A stretch of DNA of 64,000 nucleotides, from contig OZ037767.1 of NCBI GenBank assembly GCA_964035545.1, positions 31,078,628 to 31,142,627 on the forward strand, read 5' to 3'. This DNA comes from Bugula neritina. Its lineage: Eukaryota; Animalia; Bryozoa. The position numbers were made by a program, and so were the translations under genes. How positions within the stretch are numbered: the first letter of the stretch is position 1; the number at the start of each line of letters is the position of its first letter. The notes under the pieces were generated by a model. That model was given only the letters and a program-made list of their open reading frames with translations. It made no database searches and had not been told where the DNA came from. Of this stretch, positions 53,626 through 64,000 are shown in pieces.

Positions 53626-55432
53626 ATGTCCTCAAAATCAAAGACTGACCCTAAATTACCTTCAAAAATTACCATTTTACTAGGTAAGCATATCTTCTTA
53701 ATTTTTGTCAATTAAAGCACTACTCAAATTGATAAACTGGATTTTCACAGGAAATGATTTTGCATGTTCTTCATACTGAATAAAAATTTGGTTGTGTGCT
53801 TTTTGCTGGATTTATTTGAATATTCTTACTTGACATTATAAATTTTACTTGAAGGTTATTTGATTTTTTCTAATTTAATTTTATTGATGCATAATTAGTT
53901 AAATTTCTCAGATTTGGTTAGATTGGTATGTAGCCGAAATAACCCGTCTTTTATTGTTTTTTAGATGACGAACCTTCTATAAAATCAAATCCTATCAAAA
54001 GAAAGTTAGAGGAATCATCTAAAGAAAAAGATAAAGATATGACAGCAACTAAAATGAAGTTTTCTTTGGGATCCAAAGCAAAGCCAGCTCCAGTAAAAAT
54101 ATCTTTAAACAAGCCGAAGGTACTGCAACTTTCAAATTCTATGATATTAAGTCACGAATTGTATCTTACCTGTATAATGTTGTGAGGATCCTTACTATAT
54201 CTTGTAGAAAGATCAAACTGATCAAGTCAAAACTGTTCCAGTAAAATCAAACACAGTGGCTGCAGCCTTCAACGATGAGGATGAGGTAATTATGTTAACT
54301 TTTAGCACCCGCTACTCAATTGTTTTGTTTTGTTTGGCCACGTCACAACTAGCCCCACTACTACTAGACACTTTGGCCACGTCACAACTAGCCCCCACCA
54401 CTACTGGACACTTTGGCCACTTCACAACTAGCCCCCACCACTACTGGACACTTTGGCCACGTCACAACTAGCCCCCATCACTACTAGACACTTTGGCCAC
54501 GTCACAACTAGCCCCCATCACTACTAGACACTTTGGCCACTTCACAACTAGCCCCACCACTACTGGACACTTTGGCCACGTCACAACTAGCCCCCATCAC
54601 TACTAGATTATTTGGCCACTTCACAACTAGCCCCCATCACTACTAGACATTTTGGCCACTTCACAACTAGCCCCCACTACTACTGGACACTTTGGCTACT
54701 TCACAACTAGCCCCCATCACTACTAGACACTTTGGCCACTTCACAACTAGTCCCCATCACTCTCTTTATCCTTGTTAAAGGTGGTCTTACTTTTTTCTTT
54801 GTAGAGTGATGAAGAAATGCCTTTAGAAGCAAAAATGAAAATGAAAAATGTTGGGAAGTAAGAAATTTGTTTTTTTTTATATTAAAAATTCAAGTTAAAA
54901 TATATTATGTTTCCTTTCCATGTGATATTGTAGAAACAATTGTTGTGTCTGTTTCGCTTGTTTTTATCTACGGACACCTTGTTCTTCCTGTCAGTAAAGT
55001 GTCTGAGCACCTTGTTCTTCATGTCGTTGAAACGACACTTATTTTGAGCTGATCGCAAAGGCTCTCATCTTGCATTGCTGCAATATACGACATTCTGATT
55101 GCTGAAATTATCTTTAAATATTGCAATTTCTGAGTTTAAGTAATTTTTGGATTATTTTTCTAAACGCAGGCATAGAAGTGTTTAATTAAATTTTAGTGTC
55201 TGTGTGTGATTTAGTAATGGTGAAAAGTTTCATACTTGTAGCATTAAATTCTCAACAACCATTTTATTATGTTGTCTACAGGAATACGCCTGTACCCTCA
55301 GGACCCAACTCCTTTGGTAAGTCTAGGTTGGGCTTCTCCCAGGACTATAAAGTGTACGAGAGGAAACTAATGGAGCAGATTGGAGACCCGGATAAACCTC
55401 ACGAAAAGAAGTCCAGCAATCCACCATCTTGA
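53626..55432 (+). CDS. PCNP: PEST proteolytic signal-containing nuclear protein, 5 coding exons
   Basis: CCACCATG start at 53626. Exons near 53626-53683, 53965-54119, 54208-54285, 54805-54857 and 55282-55432 give [47 protein letters not shown], the conserved PCNP C-terminus. Confidence 0.92.
54333..54761. repeat. 40-bp minisatellite in PCNP intron 3
   Basis: About 11 copies of TTTGGCCAC(G/T)TCACAACTAGCCCCCATCACTACT(A/G)GACAC. Confidence 0.93.
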
Positions 55433-56849
55433 AATTTGTAGCTGTTTATATAGGCATGACATTTATAGGTAACACCCATCTACTCGGTGATTAGATCGGT
55501 AACTGTACATATCATAATAAGCTCAAACTGTACATACAGAAGTTGTCTGCCCTAACGAATGTGTCTTCAATACTCTGAATAGCCAATAACTCATGTTTTA
55601 CTGCACTGGAGGTTATGGAAATGTCAAATATAGGTCAAAGGTCAAAGCACACAGTTCATCTTTAATTTTTTACACACACTGCTGGCATGACTCTAAACTG
55701 TAATATACACTTAGTCTGAGTTATAGGAAACTTTCTGTGAAGTTAATGTATAGTAGTTTATTTCAACTTTCACCACATCTTTTTATGGTATCAGAATTCG
55801 AATATTGTAAATTTTTCTCACTAATTCATTTGCAAGTTTTTTTTAATGTTCAACTTGAAGTTCTCAATTGCTCGTATGAGCTGTTATAAGAGAGGTTTTC
55901 CTAAAATAAATTTATATCCCAACACTTGAGTCAACTAATCTCATTAATTGTGCTAGCATGTTAGTAAATTGTACTCAAATAAAAGTAAATGTAAGTTGTC
56001 TGCCCAATATTGTTTTTATTAAGTAAAGTTTTCTCACTTGTATGGCATAACTTCTATACATTTGCATGATTAACTGAAACTGTGAAAGTAAGAGACAAAG
56101 ATATTTGAATTTATTTTATACAATTTATTGGATTCTGTAACTTATCTACTTATAATAGTATAGTGAAATGTATTTAACATAATAGTACCAACAGGTTAAG
56201 CTAAACACAACTCAATGCTGTATTGTGTGATTGTAATCAGTAATGATAAGGCAATCTAACCTCAATTTATAAAATTATTCTAATATTGCAACAAATGGAA
56301 ATATTCACCGTTCAACCATCAAGCTTTTTATTTGAACATAATTACTTTAGTCAAATTAGAAATATATGTAGAGCTTTAGAGTTGCTTTCTCTTAAATCTT
56401 TGATTCCTATAGCCATAATTTCAGATTAGTTTAGGGATCTCAAATAAATGTAAAGAAGTGTGCACTATCTAATGAGCTGATAGGAAGAATATGCATTGGA
56501 AAGATCCAAATGAATATTAGGAAAACATAGCATCTCCACAACTCAAAGTCATTATACAAAACATGTAGGTAAGTATAATGGTATACCATGTAGGTAAGTT
56601 AATGGTATGTAGTCAGTCACAAGTGCAGAGGGGGAGTTAGTTAGTCAACTCAAGACTAACAATAACAATAAACAATGAATAGCTAGCAACAGGAATGTAA
56701 TCAATCGATTTCCATTACAACCCTTGCTTCAGATAATTCAAATACCGTCACCAAAAATTCCCTATTAGGTTTATTTTAACCAAAAATCAATAACATGTCA
56801 AAGCTTCGACCTTCCTCAACAATTTTGAGTAAATTTTTCTAACAACAAA

Positions 56850-58811
56850 ATGGAGTCAGAATCTCTCTCCCTTAAGTTCACCTTCGATTCTCAAGTTTCT
56901 CTTCCATCTGAAGGTAGTGACTCAACCTGCTGTCATGTCTGCCACGAGCCAAGGAGCTTGCGACTGCTGCCTTGTGAACATGTTGAATGTAGCAGATGTA
57001 TCGGTGAGTCATCCTTTACGTCTGCAAGTTGACTCTACGTCTGCCAAATCTACATCTACTAACTTTACTCTACGTCTGCAAGTTAACTCTACATCTACTA
57101 ACTCTACATCTACTAACTCTACATCTACTAACTCTACATCTACTAACTCTACATCTACTAACTCTACATCTACTTACTCTACATTTACTAACTCTACATC
57201 TGCTAACTCTACATCTGCTAACTCTACATCTACTAACTCTACATCTACTAACTCTACATCTACTAACTTTACTCTACGTCTGCAAGTCAACTCTACATCT
57301 GCATACTAATTTTCAAACTTTGTTCTAATTTTATCGCTGCTGACGGTAATACTTTGGACCTAAAACATTTCTGCTGCATAATGAGAGGTGCATCCTAAAC
57401 CCCTAGGCATACAGAAGGCAAATTAATGTTTTATGAGTTGTGCGGATAACCACATGTAGTATTAAAAAGAATTATTAATAATAAATATTTTTATATTTTC
57501 AGAAAACAATTTATCATCAGCCTCTCACAGAGAAACTACTTTTCAGTGTTTCTCCTGTAACAGGCTTTGTGAAGGAACAAGTGTGGAGACGTTTCCTGTG
57601 GTTGACAATGAGATTCAAAGAGGTATCGTAACAGCAGAATTGTGTGCATAAGATTAGAAATAACATACTACTTCAAACTTTATATAGTCATACCTGTATG
57701 AAACTTGTATACCTGTATATAACCTGTATAACTGTATACCTGTATATAACCTGTATACCTGTATATAACCTGTATACCTGTATACCTGTATATAACCTGT
57801 ATACCTGTATACCTGTATATAACCTGTATACCTGTATATAACCTGTATATAACCTGTATATATCTTAAATCTAGTCCTGTAAACCCATACTTTAACTTCC
57901 TTAGTTAGCCTGCCAAGTAACTGAGTAAATTTTGAAAAACAAATAGTTGTTTGTTTGGAACATTTCCTGGGTGCAGCAGGCGTATAAATATAAATCAATA
58001 ACCTGTTGCAATGACAACAGGCTACAATTATAATATATGCATCTGTTTGGATACCGCGGGGCTACAAACTACAGCTATACATTCATTCCATAATAGTATG
58101 TTTGATTTCAAATTGGAAAAATGAATTGGAAAAGAACATGTAAAATGGTTTCATTACAGAACAAGGTGAAGACAATTACCGTGACTATGAGACTATAGAA
58201 GGCTACAGATGCTTGGAGGAAGTTGAGGCCGCTGCTAATAATTTTATGGACATTCACCTGAGAAAGATTGACCTAATGATAGTGAGTTCACAGTATGTGA
58301 AGTGTGTAATGTAATGAGATGTATCTTGTATGTCAAAATGTGTATATTATACTAATTGTGAACGCTAGTCTCAAAATGTGGTATTTTCAGTCTTCTGGGT
58401 GATTGAAATATGTTACTAATAAAATATCGAAAAGATAATAAAATAATATTTTCCCTAAATAAAATATTGATCATGGCTATATTGGGTATTATGTAATTTT
58501 ATTAGAACCCAGAAGAGAGGGAAAGAGCAAGGGCACACAGCAGAACGTTTTGGGAAAAGGTGAAGTTTGTCTTTTCAAGGATGAAAGACTACTTAGCTGG
58601 AAAAGTAAAAGATCTGTGTGAGCACCTGAGAGCTCTGTGGATAAAGTTGGTTAGTTTGTTTCAAGGAGCCAAGTCTACAACCACACCCACAAGTATGAGT
58701 AGGCCGGTACAAGCTACAGCCACACCCACAAGTATGAGTAGACCGGTACAAGCTACAGCCACACCCACAAGTATGAGTAGGCCTTTTAGACCATTACAAA
58801 CCACTGTTTAG
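56850..58811 (+). CDS. RING-HC (C3HC4) protein, paralog A, 4 exons, about 233 aa
   Basis: Exons 56850-57003, 57503-57622, 58160-58281, 58506-58811 are in frame. RING CHVC-x9-CEHVECSRC...CFSC, followed by an acidic linker and amphipathic helices. Confidence 0.8.
57013..57305. repeat. 15-bp minisatellite (AACTCTACATCTACT) after the RING-A exon 1 donor
   Basis: Directly visible; a second (TATACCTG)n tract lies at 57690-57860. Confidence 0.92.
58678..58784 (+). repeat. Coding 39-bp tandem repeat (TPTSMSRPVQATA, about 3 copies) at the RING-A C-terminus
   Basis: Directly visible and in frame. Confidence 0.85.
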
Positions 58812-59503
58812 TCGCAAAAGTTATTGGTTGAACAGTTCTTCTGCTAATGATAGATTCAAACAGAAACGGTCTGCAGTCAACATTGTATAACAATTGAATA
58901 GTGTATAAATGCAGCTGTGGTTGAAAGAATGGAATAATGAGACAGTAAATTATAAGTATCACAATATCTAATAGCTGCTTTATAAATATCAATCATAATT
59001 ATTTTTAAAGAAATGGATATTTTTTTAACCAACAGCATTCTGGTAATTGAAATTATACTTTATAATGTTTGCAATCTTTGTATTATCTGTTCTCTTTTTG
59101 AATTCATAAAAACTGATATTGGGTAATGTAAAATCTTCTCATTTGAGTTATATTGGGTTGTTTTAATACAATATATGAGATGGTGTACATATGGTTGAAA
59201 TTCTCTAAAGAATAAATATAACTATGCTGTGTATATACACTGCACAACTATGGAGTGAAAAATATGACTGTGAGTAACTAAGTGGAGATAATCCAAAGCA
59301 GGTATACCCTTCTGCTTTGAAAGCCAGTAAACATAGCATATTACTACACTTGAAATTTGATAAATACGATTACAGCTAGCAGTAGCCTATATATGGATGC
59401 ATTTTTTAAAAATACATATGCAATACATCTATACATTATTAGGTTAAGGTATGATACACAACTACCTGAATCTGTTGAGTGTAGTGTTGAGTTTAACCAA
59501 TGG

Positions 59504-59580
59504 CCTCCTGGTGCAGTAATGGCTAGCGAGCCTGTTTGCAAGCCGTAGGTTTTTGCGGTTTGAATCTCAGTGGGGGGAGG
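59504..59580 (+). other. Degenerate tRNA-like element (tRNA pseudogene or SINE head)
   Basis: CCTCCT and GGGAGG are acceptor-stem-like ends; A-box-like TGGTGCAGTAATGG; B-box-like GGTTTGAATC; the anticodon arm pairs poorly. Confidence 0.4.
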
Positions 59581-60136
59581 GTAAAGTTTTATATATATAC
59601 TACTACTAAGAGTAAATGTGAGTATCATGGAGCTAACCTTCTATTGCATCACACATACTCATATCTAATTCACTTGTAGGTATCAGAGTTGGGCCCAAGT
59701 CACAAGGACCAACTTAATGTCTTGACTTGCTTACATAATTGGCTTATTGATTCACTCGATCTAACTTGATTGACTTGAAATCAACTCGAAACTATGACTT
59801 CATAAGTCGCTATGACTCAAATTCATATTTCCCATAAAGATGTGCCTAAAGAGAGCAATTAACTTCATTAGAAACTAATAAACATTATGCGTAGAAACGT
59901 AATAATTGATATTGGTAAAAATGCAACAAATCATCAAAAGTTGGCCATGAGCCCAAGTTAGTTCTATATCTTACTAACTAAAATTGCAGTTTAAATGTAA
60001 AAATAAGCCTTAGCTTTTTGGTTGCAAGTACTGTTATATATTTCACTCCTTTCTGTTGCAACATGAAAGTTTGCCAAGTAAGATGCGAGTACACAAATAA
60101 CTCTACATGCAGGCACTGCTACCTGCTATATATTAG

Positions 60137-60572
60137 CTAATCAACAATGTAGCTACATATGTCCTTAACATTGTCGTAGTCCTGAGTGTCATCTGAACAG
60201 GCGGTTACTAGTCTGATTCTAACTCTATAGCCATTTGAGTCAGGAGTCGCTGGAACGAACCTGCAAGACCAAAGCACCGAAAGTCATAATACTATTGGTT
60301 GACAATATATACCATAGCTTGATATTATAAGCTGAGATAGAACTAAACTCTATATGTACGGTGGCATTTTACTCACGGAGGGTTGTGGCCCAGGATAGTT
60401 ATTCTAGCGAGTCCAATTAACGTGGGTACCATTCTCATTTTCAGAGCAGTAGTTAGATCTGTGGGTGGAGTTACAGTGCCAGCTGGAAAAGTTGTGTTAG
60501 TCAGCGAATAGACGGTCAGCAGACCATTCTCGCATGTGTACCAAGGTTTAACCTTAGTGGACACAATGCAGT
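60137..60572 (-). CDS. Last two exons of an unidentified Cys-containing protein; 5' end unresolved
   Basis: Exon 60572-60376 (TTTTAG acceptor, GTGAGT donor) joins 60260-60137 (TTGCAG acceptor) in frame: CIVSTKVKPWYTCENG...GHNPPFVPATPDSNGYRVRIRLVTACSDDTQDYDNVKDICSYIVD*. GC content is higher than the flanks. Confidence 0.5.
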
Positions 60573-62138
60573 CTAAAAATAAAGTGAATCACTGGTACAC
60601 TTATTACTATATTACATGTCAGTTAATTAACAGCTAGATCAAATGCGTTGTTTCTATAGTATGATGTAAGTATACAGTATAAGTAGGTATACATGAAATT
60701 GGCATCTTTCACATACTGATTCAAGATAAAGTCCTACTATATATAGTCACAGGTTAAAATAATTACTTTAAATACGTATAGCATACATTTTATAATATTC
60801 TTACAGACAATAAGATAAAACATTAATATAGAAAATGGCTATCATATTATGTATGAAAATTTCTTTAGTGTTAGACAGCTGGTAAAGTTGTCGTGTGGCT
60901 GCATGACTTTAAACCATCTTGCATGTATATAGTCCACAATTACCATTAAACTGATAAACGATTTATCCTTATAAGCGTTTTTGTTATTATTATAGCGTAT
61001 CTTGGAGACAATTGCAATCTATAAAGGCAGCAGTGGCAGAAACTGACCGCTGTCACAAATCTTTTGTAGTTGAGTTGCTCTACGAGACAGCCCGTCTTCT
61101 AAAAATTTTTTAGTAATAGAGTTGGTTAAGTCATCACATTCTATGTTGTTATACTCAGATGTGAAAACCAACTTCCGAACTGCGGGTGGTTTATCTACAT
61201 TAAAACAAAGAATACTATTTTAATAAATAGCGATATTTATCAATACTTTGATTTTTGCAGAAAAGAATGCTGTAAGTTAGCATAGAAACAATACTTTGTG
61301 CATGTGTTGAGTTTAATATTACTATAGTAAATGTTTGATTGACTTTATCTTTAAGAGATATTCTGTATTTCTCAGAAAGAAAGCCGCCATGTCTGCCCAG
61401 CAAGCATTTGTAATTAATGTTCTTCTTATCAAAATAGAAATTTAGCTCACCAAAATCTGTCACGGTTGCAATTCTCTCAGACCTTTTATAAGATTCTCTG
61501 CATATCATAGAAAAACATGTAAAGCCTACTATGATGTTATTCTATGATATATCAAATATATATTATGTTCAATTGACACACATTTCAAACATTTATAATT
61601 CATATAAAGCATTAAACTATAGAATTGCTCAAAGTTGCTGCTGTAAAGTATTGATTAATTAGGATCAAACAATTTGAAAAACTTCAATAAGACTCAGAAA
61701 TAGTCTGGCAACAATACCTATATCATTCTACAGAATGTTGAGTTTTACGAGCATTTTTTCCATATTGAAATAACCATGGTAAATAAATGCTAGATAAATC
61801 TTAATAAAAACTAATTTTTATTCTAACAGAAACTTTTGGAAGTTATTTTTAAATTTGTAGCAATAAAACACTTACTTTGGAAAGTCTTGCCCAAAAGCTG
61901 TGACAGTTAGCACAACCTATAGAATATACTATATAAGGTACATTTTGAGCTTTAATTAAGATATCCTATTTTGTTTTATATAAATATATATAAATATTCA
62001 AGGCTGTGGATGTAGCATTATTTATTATTATATTGATTATTTGTTACTTACTGCAACTGTCAGATGGATCATTGTGCCTATATACAGTCAATTACGCGTG
62101 TGGCTCAAAACTTGTACTAAACTCAAAGGCAGTCTGTG

Positions 62139-62183
<45 letters not shown>

Positions 62184-62769
62184 TCAATAATTAGGCCATC
62201 TGTAGTTTCTCATCTCATTATCATAATATTATCAGGAAAGATGTGCGTACAACTTTTATACATGATTAAATGCTGTGCATGTATACCATTCATTGACCAG
62301 TGTAGAGATTATATCAGTTTACATAAACATAAGTGCTGGAGGAGACAAATCTAAATAAATCACACAGATAAAAATATATACTAGCACACTCTCTCAGTAG
62401 CAACTCCTTAAAGAATTTAGAAATTATCTGTAACAATTTATATTTATTCTAAAAAATAACCAGTATGCTTTATGGACTCCTGTATCGAATACACAGTAAA
62501 CTCCAAATGTTAATCATCAAAGGGAAACTGATGTGTATCAGGTTAGGCTGGGTACATTATCATAATCAAATATAGATTGCAGTTTTATTCCACTAGCAGT
62601 TTCTTTTTGACTTCTCTAAGTGATTGCATTGTCCTAACATGAAAAGACATGCCTACATCACTAGTGAATCAGTTTATACTCTATAATCTCTATTATTAGT
62701 TACATCAGCGTGATACTAGCAGTTAGCGGTTGGTATCTTTTTCTTCTCTCAGTTTTGGGAGAACCTACA

Positions 62770-64000
62770 ATGGCGACTAGTCAGGTATCGTTCACTCACC
62801 TGGCTGATGTCATACAAAATGATATGGGGTACCAGCTTTGTGTAGAATGCTTTCAAGAGCAGAAGTTACACCAGCTTCCCTGTAACCATCTCCTGTGCTC
62901 TGATTGTATTGGTAAGTGATGTCACCATTTTCTGTATTCAGATTGTATATTAGTAAATGATGTCATCATATTTTGTGCTCTGATTGGTGAGTTGATAGCA
63001 GGTCTACTGAAATGCTGATTGCTTTTCTTAGCTCCTCCCTCTACAAGTATGGAGTAGAAAGCTGCTGCTAGCTTTTGCCTGCTGCCAGTTATATAAGTCT
63101 AGTACGCTTTGGAAAATATTCAGATAAATAATTCATATAACTTTTTGCTTACTAATTCTATAAACATTTTGTTTTGCCATATAATAAGTTTTGACAAAGT
63201 TTTCCGCTCCAGATAAACTGTCACTGGACGATGGGTTGTATTGCCCAAAACCTGAATGTAAGAGACTGTGCTCTGGGACAGCCTCCTTGCATCCTAAGGC
63301 TATTGCTGCAATGGCCACCAACCAAACTCTTGGCGATCAAAAAGGTAACGCAACTCCTTTTATCTTATTTTTGTTATAATACAATATATCTTGATATTAT
63401 AGTATTATATATTGTGATACAGTATGCTATATTGTAATATAGTATGAGACATTGCGATATATAGTATGATATGATATTGTGATATGTAATATGATATATT
63501 GTGATGCAGTATTATATTGCGATACAATATATGGTATATTGTAATATAATATGGCATGATGTATTGTGATATTATATGATATATAGTAATATACTATAGT
63601 ATCATATATATACCTATATAACATATAGGTAGAATATATAGTATAATATTATTCTACTTATAAATAATGTCACCACATATTCTGGTTAGATGATGACGAG
63701 GAAGGTTATGCTGATAGCAAAGAGGCTATGTTAGCCTTAGAGAGTGGGTTCAAGGATCTCATTAGACAACATGCTAGGAGAGCTATGAAGATCACGGTGA
63801 GAGATTCTTAGTATGTTGCCATGGTTACTGTGTATGTCATTGGCAGCAGTGTGGGCACACCAACTTTTCTGAAGAGAGTGACAACTCCTGAGCCAAATAT
63901 CTAAATTTTTATCCAAAATAACTTTGACTATATTTCTGTAAATTGCAGGATAAAGCTCAAAGGGAAATTACTTTGCAGCAAACTAATAGATTTCAGGAAC
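62770..64000 (+). CDS. RING-HC protein, paralog B (3' truncated by the window end)
   Basis: Exons 62770-62911, 63213-63344, 63690-63796 and 63949 onward. RING CVEC-x9-CNHLLCSDC...CPKPEC. Intron phases (1,1,0) and positions match paralog A. Confidence 0.8.

Noticed and set aside
54333-54761. 40-bp array as a possible CRISPR
   Set aside because: Head-to-tail minisatellite without spacers in a eukaryotic intron.
59504-59580. Functional tRNA-Cys gene
   Set aside because: The B box is mutated and the anticodon and T stems pair poorly; kept only as a tRNA-like relic.

Overview
AT-rich, intron-rich animal (invertebrate) genomic DNA. No prokaryotic features, CRISPR or rRNA were seen. Gene order from manual splicing: an intronless rhodopsin-class GPCR (+); an intact 9-exon THAP-domain gene (-) head-to-head with a 16-exon ALDH16-family dehydrogenase (+); a 4-exon secreted, disulfide-loop neuropeptide-like precursor (-); NAD kinase (+) with several alternative first exons; CIP2A (-); a decayed, intron-containing P-element/THAP9-type transposon (-); PCNP (+); and two paralogous RING-HC genes (+), the second running off the window end, with an unidentified spliced ORF fragment (-) and a tRNA-like element between them. 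Three observations stand out. (1) The dead P-element carries a first exon that aligns gap-free with the first exon of the intact THAP gene 46 kb away, with the same intron position, which suggests a lineage-specific transposon domestication. (2) Many introns carry their own private minisatellite abutting a splice site. In several cases the unit is a copy of the splice junction itself, e.g. six identical acceptors in CIP2A, five of which lead to a stop codon. (3) There is a candidate divergent CCHamide/excitatory-peptide/elevenin-type precursor. All gene models were assembled by eye and no database search was run.
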